DNA from: Archaeoglobus fulgidus DSM 4304
Lineage (GTDB): Archaea; Halobacteriota; Archaeoglobi; Archaeoglobales; Archaeoglobaceae
Direction of reading: 5' to 3'
NCBI RefSeq assembly: GCF_000008665.1
Contig: NC_000917.1
Location: 1,320,001 to 1,352,000 of the forward strand
DNA length: 32,000 nt
How positions within the stretch are numbered: position 1 is the first letter of the stretch; every line of letters begins with the position of its first letter. The notes below the pieces were generated by a model, which was not told where the DNA came from, searched no databases, and saw only the letters and a list, made by a program, of their open reading frames with translations. The translations under genes and the position numbers were made by a program. Positions 22,833-31,647 of the stretch are shown piece by piece.

Positions 22833-24248
22833 CTATCCCAGAAATCCTCTCAAAATCCCTGCCTCGACAACCAGATTCTTAATATCTCCATCAATTTGCT
22901 TTATTATCTCGTTTGTCTTTTCCAGATGTCTTTCATCAGGCTCATAGCCGAAAAGCTCCTTTGCTCTCTCAAAGTCCATCGAGAGGTCAACAATTTTCAG
23001 GCTCTCAGGATTGAAAAGGCTCATTGCGGATTCCATCATTCCGTCGAAGTTCTTGAAGACCTCGCATACTGCTTCGTAATCCTTGTCGCTCATCTCCGCA
23101 ATTCCGATTATCTCAGACGGCAGGCCGATGGAGTAAAGGCTCGCGCAGAAGGTTATGGCTCTTGGCAACTTAATTTCCTCTCCCCTTGAATATCCGAAAA
23201 GGCCAACGTGAAGCTTTCTCATTCTCCTTCTCGGAATTCTGGAAGAAATCCTGTTGACGATTTCCGCAATCTTGGCGATTCTTCTTCTGTAACCATCTTT
23301 CAGCTTTTCGGCCACCTGAAGGTGTTCCTCGTCAACATAGTCTGACTTCCTCCTTGCTGCTTCCTTAGCCCTCTTTATCGCCCTTCTCACGTCCCCAAAC
23401 TCGTAGTCGTATTTAAAGGCAGATTGGACGGTGAAGGTGTAAACGGACGGGAATTCATCCAGCACACTCAGGTTCTTCGGAGAAAACCCTCCCCTGAAGG
23501 GACACGAGCCAACACCCAAAATAGGATACGTGGAAATCCCGAGCTGTGAAAGGTCGTAAAGAGCCTTTTTGACGTAGATTGTCGCAGCAACAAATCCATA
23601 GTTCATTGCCGGGTCCGACCTCGCAAGAAAAACTCTGAGCTCGTCAAGCTCAGCCCACTCTGCATACCTCTCCGATATTTCTGCTGCTCTCATCAGCGAA
23701 TCCCTGTCTTCAAAGAGCGGAATGACTTTTATCTCCTCCGGCAAAAAATCCCCCAGCCAGTCTGAAACTTTCTCACCCAACAGCTCAAATCGACCCTTAC
23801 CTGCAACAAAATCTCTGTAAAAGGCGTGAACCTTCATAACCTCCTCAGCACTTCTCGTCATCGGCAAAATAACCTCGAAAATAGGTGGATGCTCGATCCC
23901 CAAGCTTCTGACGTAGTCGTAACTGCGAGGAATCATTTCGAGAGTTTCTGCAAGAAGCTTGGCTTCTCCCTTCTCAATCTCGGGATTAGGAACTCTCATC
24001 GTGAGCCTGAAATCTTTGCCAAGTGGTCTGGAGCTGAAAAAGTCGTAGTAGCTGGAAAGAAGTTTTCTCACAATGTGTGCATCTGCCTCCTTCCCCTCGA
24101 AGTCCCACATCTGCTCGTCGCACTTAAAGTGAGAAAAAACGTAGTAAGCCTCTCTTACCTCATCCTCGCCGTTCAACACCTCAGATGCTGCGAAGAAGGG
24201 AATTCTGGCGTTGTCTGGGTGCTGCGTGCTCATCACCCTCGGAACCAT
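22833..24248 (-). CDS. ppcA: Archaeal-type phosphoenolpyruvate carboxylase (PpcA, PEPcase_2 family).
   Basis: About 471 aa. The N-terminal [11 protein letters not shown] motif is characteristic of archaeal-type PEPC. ATG 24248 is preferred over TTG 24260. Confidence 0.8.
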
Positions 24249-24602
24249 GATACGTGCCAATACGTTTTGATTAAAATACTTACGATTGAAAAAGTATGTA
24301 TCTTAATGATTTTTTAGAGCAAAACACCTCATCTGTCGGCACTGCAATATCCCTCTTTTTCTGCAGTTCCAGGTGAAAGCCCAACGCACCAATTAGATCG
24401 CTCAGGGGTCTGATGACGTCCTTAACGTAAATTTCAGCCTTTTCAGCAATGCTGCCAATTTTTTCTCCTGCAACAGTAAACAGTCTTTCTCTAGCTTTTC
24501 CTCAAGCCTTTTAAGCGGCTCTTTTCTGCTTATTTCGTCGAACAAGTCAAGGGAAAAGCTCTATTCCAAACTCTGGCCAATAAAATAAAATAAGGAGCTT
24601 AA

Positions 24603-25262
24603 TCACCCCTTAACTCTCCCAAAAAGAAGTCCTGCAGCCAGCAGTCCTACTATCGCTAAGGCGGCTTCAAATCCCGGAATTCCGGGAACTTCGCTCTTTG
24701 CATAAATTCTTGTATTAAAAGCACTCGCACCGGTTAAATGCCACTCCGCCTTGTTGTCCTTTACGACATTGGCATTTGACTCCACAATTTTGCCCGGCAT
24801 CTCCAGGTAGTAGTGGAGCGAGAATGAGCTGAGAAGAGCATTACCCAGTTCATTCGAGCTCGTTTGGTTGTTCTCTGAGGCAAAAGACAGGTCCTCGTAA
24901 ATAAGGAAGCCGTTCTCCTTCCTGATTTTAACCTTGTCGTCATCTGCGGGAACGTAATCTCTTGCCTCGATAATTATCGAAACCTGATCCCCAGACCACA
25001 CCTCGTCGTAAGATACTTTATCCCTCATCTCTTCAGGTATTTCACTAAGGAAGGACTCTCTCAGCGACTCATAACCCTCCTTTTTTGCACCTTCAGCCAG
25101 CAGTCCGTAAACAAAGGAGCTCGTGTTGATAACCAGTTTGTAGCTCTCAACGCTTCCGTCCTTGTTTACCTTGGAATGAACACTTAGCGTTGCGCAACCG
25201 CTAAGAACCACTGCCAATCCTACAAGCAAGAATAGAATCATCAGCCTCCTCATATCGCTCAT
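24603..25262 (-). CDS. Cell-surface protein with an N-terminal lipobox signal and a C-terminal PGF-CTERM sorting signal.
   Basis: MSDMRRLMILFLLVGLAVVLSGC is a signal peptide with a lipobox. The C-terminus PGIPGFEAALAIVGLLAAGLLFGRVKG has a PGF motif, a TM helix and a basic tail. The upstream 13 codons of the track ORF are probably not translated. Confidence 0.7.
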   Translation of the reverse strand: MSDMRRLMILFLLVGLAVVLSGCATLSVHSKVNKDGSVESYKLVINTSSFVYGLLAEGAKKEGYESLRESFLSEIPEEMRDKVSYDEVWSGDQVSIIIEARDYVPADDDKVKIRKENGFLIYEDLSFASENNQTSSNELGNALLSSFSLHYYLEMPGKIVESNANVVKDNKAEWHLTGASAFNTRIYAKSEVPGIPGFEAALAIVGLLAAGLLFGRVKG

Positions 25263-25308
25263 TTTACCTTGAAAAATTAAACTTTGCGATTTAAGGAACA
25301 ATATTGCA

Positions 25309-25381
25309 AGCCGCCGGCGGGATTTGAACCCGCGACCTGGTGATTACGAATCACCCGCTCTGCCAGCTGAGCCACGGCGGC
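25309..25381 (-). tRNA. tRNA-Thr (anticodon CGU)
   Basis: The reverse complement folds as a canonical 73-nt cloverleaf: acceptor GCCGCCG/CGGCGGC, D stem GCTC/GAGC, anticodon stem GGTGA/TCACC with loop TTCGTAA, T arm GCGGG-TTCAAAT-CCCGC, discriminator T. Confidence 0.9.
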
Positions 25382-25417
25382 TCATCAGCCTTTAAACCGC
25401 TGGTATTAAAAATTTTG

Positions 25418-25942
25418 CTAATCCCTGCTAGCAGCCTTTTTCAGCCTTTCCACTCCGCCTATCTCGTCGATTATTGCTGCAACCTTTTTGGGGACGAGCT
25501 CTCTCCAGTTCCCATCTTCGAGCATGAGTTTTCTGATGTAGCTGCCCCTGTAGAGGTTTCTGTCAAATTCGGGGGGAGCAATAACCTCCAGTCCAGCGTC
25601 GTGGAAAACCTGAGCTATAACGGGATTTCTCGTTATTATCGAATCCACTTTCGGAACGAGGTTTATTATGTAAAAAGCGTGGCCAACGTACACGCTCATC
25701 GTTGGAACAGTCGCGGTTATAATTCTGCTTAAATCAACTCCCTCATCTTTCAAAGCCTCTCTCATCATCCAGATTCTCTCTCCTGCCGTGAATGGATTGA
25801 GGACTGTGTGACTTTCATTGGCCATACCAACCAGCAGAACCAGCTCATCGAACTTTTCAAGTGCCCATTTCGTGACCTTAAGATGGCCGAGGTGGAAGGG
25901 CTGAAACCTGCCAAATATCAGGGCCCTCAATGGTCTGGCCAT
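25418..25942 (-). CDS. nadM: Nicotinamide-nucleotide adenylyltransferase (archaeal NMNAT).
   Basis: RALIFGRFQPFHLGHL is the (H/T)xGH nucleotidyltransferase motif in the archaeal NMNAT context. At 174 aa it has the same size as characterised archaeal NMNATs. Confidence 0.8.
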   Translation of the reverse strand: MARPLRALIFGRFQPFHLGHLKVTKWALEKFDELVLLVGMANESHTVLNPFTAGERIWMMREALKDEGVDLSRIITATVPTMSVYVGHAFYIINLVPKVDSIITRNPVIAQVFHDAGLEVIAPPEFDRNLYRGSYIRKLMLEDGNWRELVPKKVAAIIDEIGGVERLKKAASRD

Positions 25943-25962
25943 GAAATAAATAGGTAGAAAGT

Positions 25963-27834
25963 TTAATTACTTTTTGCAGGCTTAATCGCTCTGTTCGGAC
26001 AGATTTTCGCGCAGACAGCACATCCCACGCAGAGGGACTGGTCAATGCTGACCTTTTCACCGTCAAAAATCAGTGCCGGACAGGCGAAGGTGTTGACACA
26101 CTCCATGCAGAGAGTGCAGTCCTCTGTAACCTTGTAAGTTACAATCTTACCCTCCCTTCTCCTCGCCCTCGACCAAAGTATCGCGCAGGGCTGCCTCGCA
26201 ATAACCACCGCAACTCCATCGTGATTCAAAGCCCTCCTCAGCACGTCAACCATCTTTCTGACATTGTAGGGGTTCACCACCTCAACAAACTCAACACCGC
26301 ATCCCCTCACAATGTCCTCAATCCTGACAGCCTTTCCTGCCTCTCCGCATCCCCTGAAGCCCGTCCCCGGATGTGGCTGATGTCCCGTCATTCCTGTGGT
26401 GGAGTTGTCGAGGATTACCAGCACGAAATCAGCGTGGTTGTACACGGCATTTATCAGCGGTGGAATGCCAGCGTGGATGAAGGTAGAATCCCCAATCGTT
26501 GCTATGATTTTGTTGTTAAGAACATGAGCAAGGCCATTTGAGACTCCAACGCTTGCACCCATGCAGATTGTTATGTCCACCCCCTCAAGGGGCTTATTTA
26601 TCCCGAGAGTGTAGCAGCCGATGTCGCTGGGCAAAGCTGCATCTCCAAGCTCGTCAACAACTCTCCGTATCGCATAGAAGGAGGCCGAGTGGGGACAGCC
26701 GGGACAGAGAACTGGAGGTCTTGGCGGAGCTTTTGCGGCAAGCTTTTGCGATTCTGCAACAATGCCCTCATAATCTCTGCTCGGTTTAATTCCAAGAGCC
26801 TTGGCAATCCCCGTCTCAACTCTCCCCACGTTGTATTCATAGTTCATGGGCATGTAGCCGTTCATCTTGCCGTAAACCTCGGCCAGTCCCATCGCTCTAA
26901 CATGAAGCTCCACAAATGGGTCAACCTCCTCAACGACTATGACCTTCTTCATCTGGGATACAAAATTCTCAATAAGCCTCTCTGGCAGAGGGTGCATTGA
27001 CGAGAGCTTCAAAACGGGCAGGTTTAGATTCAGGTTCTCGAGAGCCTCCTTGGTGTAGGCGTAGCTCAGACCGCAGGCAATAATGCCAACATCCCCATCC
27101 CCCTCATCAACCCAGTTCATCTCAGAGCTGTTGAAATACCTCTCAATCTTCTCCAGCTTCTCCAGCAAAATTGGCTTCAACTTTCTCGCATGAGCGGGCA
27201 AAACCACATCGGTTTCGGGATGCCTCTCCCACTCAACCCTGCTGAACTCCTTCTCAGGGATTTTTCCAAGCTCAACGACACCGCTTGCATGGCTCAGCCT
27301 CGTGTAGCTCCTCAAAATCATTGGCAGGCCGAATTTTTCGGAAAGGTCAAAGCAGAGCTTTGCATAGTCCTTAGCCTCCTGCACGCTTGACGGTTCAACA
27401 ACAGGAAGCTTTGCAGCTTTTCCGTACCACCTGTTGTCCTGCTCGTTCTGGCTGCTGTGCATTGATGGGTCGTCTGCGGTGACAAGCACAAACCCACCTC
27501 TCGCACCAACGTAGGCAAAGCTGAAGAGAGGGTCAGCAGCAACATTAACTCCAACGTGCTTCATCGTTGCCATTGCTCTTTTTCCAGCAAGAGAAGCTCC
27601 AACGGCAACCTCAAAGGCAACCTTTTCGTTTGCAGAGTACTCCATGTAAAAATCCATCTTTCCTCTCAGAAGCCTGCAAGCATCGCTCAGAGTATCGGCA
27701 ATTTCAGATGAGGGGGTGCCGGGATAAGCGGCAAAAACGTCAATTCCAGCCTCTATTGCTCCTCTCGCAATGGCTTCATTGCCGAGCAGAAATACCTTTT
27801 CACCCTCTGCGTCTCTGACAACATCGTTGAGCAT
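25963..27834 (-). CDS. iorA: Indolepyruvate:ferredoxin oxidoreductase alpha subunit.
   Basis: 623 aa. N-terminal LLGNEAIARGAIEAGIDVFAAYPGTPSSEI, the TPP-binding region GDSTFIHAGIPPLINAVYN, and a C-terminal 2x[4Fe-4S] module (CTLCMECVNTFACP, CVGCAVCAKICP). Confidence 0.85.
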   Translation of the reverse strand: MLNDVVRDAEGEKVFLLGNEAIARGAIEAGIDVFAAYPGTPSSEIADTLSDACRLLRGKMDFYMEYSANEKVAFEVAVGASLAGKRAMATMKHVGVNVAADPLFSFAYVGARGGFVLVTADDPSMHSSQNEQDNRWYGKAAKLPVVEPSSVQEAKDYAKLCFDLSEKFGLPMILRSYTRLSHASGVVELGKIPEKEFSRVEWERHPETDVVLPAHARKLKPILLEKLEKIERYFNSSEMNWVDEGDGDVGIIACGLSYAYTKEALENLNLNLPVLKLSSMHPLPERLIENFVSQMKKVIVVEEVDPFVELHVRAMGLAEVYGKMNGYMPMNYEYNVGRVETGIAKALGIKPSRDYEGIVAESQKLAAKAPPRPPVLCPGCPHSASFYAIRRVVDELGDAALPSDIGCYTLGINKPLEGVDITICMGASVGVSNGLAHVLNNKIIATIGDSTFIHAGIPPLINAVYNHADFVLVILDNSTTGMTGHQPHPGTGFRGCGEAGKAVRIEDIVRGCGVEFVEVVNPYNVRKMVDVLRRALNHDGVAVVIARQPCAILWSRARRREGKIVTYKVTEDCTLCMECVNTFACPALIFDGEKVSIDQSLCVGCAVCAKICPNRAIKPAKSN

Positions 27835-28000
27835 GGCGGCAGTTTATAAGAGGAATTAAAACGTTTCCCCTTCTGTCTGTGCTTTTTAATTTTGAAATTT
27901 TATCTGCCCATTTCAGAGAACCGATAACTTAAAATACCTCTCCACTACTCCCTAAGGAGTCCGTAGGAGGCTACGGCCGCTGGGACTACGGGGTGGTAAG

Positions 28001-28648
28001 ATGATAGTGGATAAGGATAAACTTGTCAAGTCGATAGAGGAAGCTATTAAGAACGGAAAGAAAAGGAGATTTGTAGAAACGGTTGAGATGGCAGTTAACC
28101 TCAGAAATGTGGACATGAAGAAGCCTGAGAACAGAATTGACACTGTCGTAAACCTACCTCATGGCTTGGGGAAGCCAAGGAAAATCGGCGTTTTTGCGAA
28201 GGGTGACACAGCCCTGAAGGCTAAGGAGGCGGGTGCAGACGTTGTTATTACTCCAGAGGAGATCGATGAGCTTGCGAAGGACAAGAGAAGAGCGAAGAAG
28301 CTTGCGAATTCAATCGACTTCTTCATTGCCGAGGCTCCGCTGATGCCCGAAATCGGTAGAAAGCTCGGCCCTGTTTTGGGGCCGAGGGGCAAGATTCCGC
28401 AGCCGATTCCCCCGCTCGCTGACCCAAAGCCCTTCATTGACAGACTGAGAAACTCTGTGAAGATAAGGACGAGAGATAAGACAACTTTCCACGCACCCAT
28501 CGGCAGCGAGAACATGGACGTCGAGAAGATAGCGGAGAATGCTATGGAAATTTTAAAAGTCGTGGAAAACAAGTATGAGAATCCCACGCAGGTTGTCAAG
28601 TCAGTGTATGTGAAGAAAACAATGGGTCCTGCAGTGAGGGTGGTGTAA
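28001..28648 (+). CDS. rpl1: 50S ribosomal protein L1 (uL1).
   Basis: 215 aa. FVETVEMAVNLRNVD...PHGLGK...VFAKGD...AKEAGADVV is typical of archaeal L1. It is the first gene of an L1-P0-P1 operon. Confidence 0.95.
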   Translation: MIVDKDKLVKSIEEAIKNGKKRRFVETVEMAVNLRNVDMKKPENRIDTVVNLPHGLGKPRKIGVFAKGDTALKAKEAGADVVITPEEIDELAKDKRRAKKLANSIDFFIAEAPLMPEIGRKLGPVLGPRGKIPQPIPPLADPKPFIDRLRNSVKIRTRDKTTFHAPIGSENMDVEKIAENAMEILKVVENKYENPTQVVKSVYVKKTMGPAVRVV

Positions 28649-29668
28649 ATGGCCGCAGTTAGAGGCTCTCCTCCAGAGTATAAGGTTAGGGCTGTCGAGG
28701 AAATCAAGAGGATGATTTCGTCAAAGCCAGTTGTGGCTATAGTAAGCTTCAGAAACGTACCTGCTGGCCAGATGCAAAAAATAAGGAGGGAGTTTAGGGG
28801 TAAAGCCGAGATAAAGGTCGTTAAGAACACCCTTCTTGAAAGGGCGCTTGATGCCCTCGGAGGGGACTACCTCAAGCTTAAAGATTATCTGGGAGACCAG
28901 ATTGCCATAATTACTGCGGACGAAAATCCTTTCAGGCTTTTCAGAATGATTGAGGATACTAAGGTTCCCTCTCCGCTCAAGCCGAATCAGGTTTCTCCTG
29001 TCGATGTCGTCGTCAACGAGGGGCCAACGCCAATACCTCCCGGCCCGCTGATGGCTGAGCTTCAGATGGCAGGATTGCCCGTTGCCATTGAGAAGGGCAA
29101 AGTTGTCGTTAAGGCCACCACAACCGTCGTAAAGGCCGGAGAGGTCGTTAGGCCGGAAGTTGCCAGAGCGTTAGAAAGGCTCGACATTAAGCCAATCAAA
29201 ATAGGGCTTGATGTTAAGGCAATGCTTGATTCCGGAGTCATTCTCACACCTGAGACGCTGGCCATAGATACTGAGAAGGTGCTTGAAGACTTCCAGAGAG
29301 CGTACCAGATGGCGCTCAACCTTGCCGTTAACTCCGCTTACGTCACTGAAGAGACTGCCGAGATACTCATAATGAAGGCTGTGATGGATGCCAGAAACCT
29401 TGCAATCAACGCAGGAATCTTCGAGAAGGGAGTGATGGAAGACATACTTATGAAGGCCCATGCGGAGATGCTCTCCCTCGCATCACTGCTACCAGACGAG
29501 GCCTTGGACGAGGAGCTCAAGTCAATGCTTTCCGGAATCGCAGAAGCTGCGGCTCAGGCTACTCCGTCAGTAGAGGAAAGGGAAGAGGAAGAAAAACCTG
29601 AAGAGGAGGAAGAAGAAGAGGAGAAGGAAGAGGAGGCAATTGAAGGTTTAGGTGCATTATTTGGTTAA
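28649..29668 (+). CDS. rplP0: Ribosomal stalk protein P0 (uL10).
   Basis: The ATG directly follows the L1 stop (TAAATG). 339 aa, with an acidic C-terminal tail ending [13 protein letters not shown]. Confidence 0.95.
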   Translation: MAAVRGSPPEYKVRAVEEIKRMISSKPVVAIVSFRNVPAGQMQKIRREFRGKAEIKVVKNTLLERALDALGGDYLKLKDYLGDQIAIITADENPFRLFRMIEDTKVPSPLKPNQVSPVDVVVNEGPTPIPPGPLMAELQMAGLPVAIEKGKVVVKATTTVVKAGEVVRPEVARALERLDIKPIKIGLDVKAMLDSGVILTPETLAIDTEKVLEDFQRAYQMALNLAVNSAYVTEETAEILIMKAVMDARNLAINAGIFEKGVMEDILMKAHAEMLSLASLLPDEALDEELKSMLSGIAEAAAQATPSVEEREEEEKPEEEEEEEEKEEEAIEGLGALFG

Positions 29669-29683
29669 AAGGAGGTGTTGAGA

Positions 29684-30004
29684 ATGGAGTATGTGTATGC
29701 GGCTCTCCTGCTGCACTCCGCTGGTAAGGAGATAACCGAGGACAACGTAAAGGCAGTTCTTGAAGCTGCGGGCGTGGAAGTGGATGAGGCCAGAGTCAAG
29801 GCCCTTGTTGCCGCGCTTGAGGGTGTGAACATCGACGAGGCCATCCAGAAGGCAGCAATGCCGATGGCAGTGGCAGCAGCGCCAGCAGCTGCAGCGGCAG
29901 CACCGGCGGAGGAAGCGAAAGAAGAGGCCAAAGAGGAGGAAGAGGAGGAAGAGGAAGTCAAGGAAGAAGAGGCCATCGAGGGGCTCGGAGCCCTCTTTGG
30001 TTAA
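29684..30004 (+). CDS. rpl12: Ribosomal stalk protein P1 (archaeal L12).
   Basis: [30 protein letters not shown], an Ala-rich hinge and the acidic tail [22 protein letters not shown] precedes ATG 29684, which is preferred over the track start at 29675. Confidence 0.95.
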   Translation: MEYVYAALLLHSAGKEITEDNVKAVLEAAGVEVDEARVKALVAALEGVNIDEAIQKAAMPMAVAAAPAAAAAAPAEEAKEEAKEEEEEEEEVKEEEAIEGLGALFG

Positions 30005-30030
30005 TTTTTTGTAAAAATTTAAAATTTTTA
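30005..30030 (+). terminator. T-rich tract after the stalk operon, a likely intrinsic terminator.
   Basis: TTTTTTGTAAAAATTTAAAATTTTTA lies immediately after the stop at 30002-30004. Confidence 0.45.
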
Positions 30031-30164
30031 GATATATTTCTTTTCTGCGATTTTCATTTTTCCCTCATCCCAACATTGCATCAACATCTTAACTTCGTTC
30101 CCATTTAGGGGCTTGCAGACATCACATGTTTGAGAAAATATTGTTCTGATGGAAGTTCGATAGA

Positions 30165-30178
30165 AAAGTATATATATA
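30165..30178 (+). promoter_or_regulatory. TATA box of the histone gene.
   Basis: AAGTATATATATAC lies about 46 nt upstream of ATG 30224, with a TAGGAGGTG SD at 30210-30218. Confidence 0.5.
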
Positions 30179-30223
30179 CCTAATACTAAATTTTGTATCG
30201 AAAAGAGATAGGAGGTGTGTTGG

Positions 30224-30427
30224 ATGGCTGAGTTGCCGATGGCACCGGTTGACAGATTGATTAGGAAGGCTGGGGCTGAGAGAGTAAGTGCAGATGCAGT
30301 GGAAAAGATGGTCGAAGTGCTTGAGGACTACGCAATTACCGTTGCTAAGAAAGCTGTGGAAATTGCGAAGCACTCTGGCAGAAAGACCGTCACTGCGGAC
30401 GACATTAAGCTCGCTCTCTCGATGTAA
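30224..30427 (+). CDS. Archaeal histone (HMf family).
   Basis: The 67-aa sequence [64 protein letters not shown] is a histone fold of the classic archaeal type. Confidence 0.95.
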   Translation: MAELPMAPVDRLIRKAGAERVSADAVEKMVEVLEDYAITVAKKAVEIAKHSGRKTVTADDIKLALSM

Positions 30428-30452
30428 AAATTTTAAATTTACCTTAAATTTT

Positions 30453-31160
30453 TTAGACGACTTCAAAAGCGTTTTCGAAGATTTCCTGATGCTCGTGGGG
30501 CTTGACCAGAAATTCTAGCTTTTCTATGGTGTAAACGAGGTCGTACATGTCCCCCTTAACATCCAGCACGTTTTTGGGTTTCGCAAACCTTATTTCTGGA
30601 GCATCATCGTAGTTCCTGTTTCTGACCCACTCCCCGTTGATGTAGTAGTAGCAAGCGCCCCTCCTCTTCGTGTAGGGTTCGTAGATGGAGCTGAAGTTCC
30701 TGCACACCCAGTTTGCGGTGATTAAATCGCTCTCAGTCGGGTTAATGGTCACGTGACCGTAGTTTGGTGGAATTATTACTGTGTCCCACTTCTTCCCCTC
30801 AACGACTATCACATCCTCGATTTTTCCGTTTGAAGGCTTTTGCAGTATGAAAAGGGCCTCTCCCTCAAGCACCTGGTAAACTTCAGGATAGGTAAAGCCC
30901 CTTACAACTTCCGGATGATAGTGGCCGTAAGTTTTAATGCTCTCTCCACCTATGTTGTTTGGCGGTATAACCGTGTAGTCGTATCTCAGCCCTGCATTTC
31001 TGATAATCTCCGCCTCCTCGTCTGTTTTGAAGGAATCCCTGAACATGTAGTAAGCGTCAAAATCTTCCTTAAGTGCTTCGGGAAAAGCAAGAACGGGTTT
31101 TAAATCAGAGGCTTTTCTAACCTCTGACTGAAAAACCTTCTTTCCGAAAACAAACTCCAT
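30453..31160 (-). CDS. pgi: Cupin-type glucose-6-phosphate isomerase (cPGI).
   Basis: 235 aa. The cupin motifs TYGHYHP....EVYQVLEGEA and IIPPNYGHVTINP match the euryarchaeal cPGI signatures. Confidence 0.8.
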   Translation of the reverse strand: MEFVFGKKVFQSEVRKASDLKPVLAFPEALKEDFDAYYMFRDSFKTDEEAEIIRNAGLRYDYTVIPPNNIGGESIKTYGHYHPEVVRGFTYPEVYQVLEGEALFILQKPSNGKIEDVIVVEGKKWDTVIIPPNYGHVTINPTESDLITANWVCRNFSSIYEPYTKRRGACYYYINGEWVRNRNYDDAPEIRFAKPKNVLDVKGDMYDLVYTIEKLEFLVKPHEHQEIFENAFEVV

Positions 31161-31233
31161 GATTAAAAAAAGAGCCGGATGTATTTAAAGCTTGTTCAGA
31201 AAGGTATTATAGCAGGTTGTGTGAAGAATTAAC

Positions 31234-31647
31234 ATGAAATACAGATTCATAGACCACACCGCAGACATAGCCTTCGAGGTTTACGGTTCAAACTTGAGGG
31301 AGTTATTCGAGAATGCTGCTCTCGCCTTTTATGATGCTTTTGTTGACACATCAGGAATTGGAATAGAAAGGGAAGTTGGGGTTGAGTGCGAGGGGGAGGA
31401 TGTGGAGATCACGCTTTACAGATGGCTGAACGAGCTGCTCTACCTCTTTGACACCGAATTCTTCGCCGCAAAGGATGTGGAGGTTGAGGTTGAGGAGGGT
31501 GATGGGGTCAAGGCGTCGGGAAAGCTCAGGGGAGGGAGGTTCAGCGCCGAAATGGTCAAGGTTGAGCCCAAGGCGATAACTCTGCACAAGTTCAGAGTGG
31601 AGAAAACAGATAAGGGATACGTTGCTTTCGTCGTTGTGGACATATGA
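31234..31647 (+). CDS. Archease (RtcB-ligase cofactor family).
   Basis: MKYRFIDHTADIAFEVYGSNLRELFENAALAF...AITLHKFRVEK. The N-terminal DHTAD motif and the size (137 aa) are diagnostic. Confidence 0.9.
   Translation: MKYRFIDHTADIAFEVYGSNLRELFENAALAFYDAFVDTSGIGIEREVGVECEGEDVEITLYRWLNELLYLFDTEFFAAKDVEVEVEEGDGVKASGKLRGGRFSAEMVKVEPKAITLHKFRVEKTDKGYVAFVVVDI

Noticed and set aside
292-25381. Two tRNA-Thr genes as possible integration sites flanking a genomic island.
   Set aside because: They are different isoacceptors (GGU and CGU) on opposite strands. I saw no integrase, no direct repeat of a tRNA 3' end and no att-like duplication. Housekeeping genes lie between and beyond them.
1935-29976. Many long ORFs lie antisense to, or out of frame with, well-supported genes. 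Examples: 1935-2162(-), 2664-3107(-), 3174-3512(-), 4280-4639(-), 4724-5188(-), 6568-7170(-), 9335-9907(-), 9768-10286(-), 11102-11692(+), 18814-19197(+), 20434-21063(+), 20990-21523(+), 22169-22735(-), 23826-24317(+), 26221-27000(+), 28159-28830(-), 29665-29976(-).
   Set aside because: Each is fully embedded in a gene with strong family motifs on the other strand or frame. Their translations are low-complexity (Ser/Leu/Arg/Pro-rich) with no motifs. This is typical shadow-ORF behaviour for purine-rich (GAR codon) coding DNA.
29560-30004. An apparent repeat: both stalk genes end in GAA/GAG-rich runs and the identical peptide [13 protein letters not shown].
   Set aside because: This is the known conserved acidic C-terminal tail of archaeal P0 and P1, which recruits translation GTPases. 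At the DNA level the 12 shared codons differ at most synonymous positions (gca att gaa ggt tta ggt gca tta vs gcc atc gag ggg ctc gga gcc ctc). It is therefore protein-level conservation, not a DNA repeat, a microsatellite or a recent duplication.
30122-30518. ORFs 30122-30466(-) and 30288-30518(+), which overlap the histone gene and its flanks.
   Set aside because: They overlap a canonical histone-fold gene and A/T-rich promoter or terminator DNA. Their translations are low-complexity, and no start context supports them.
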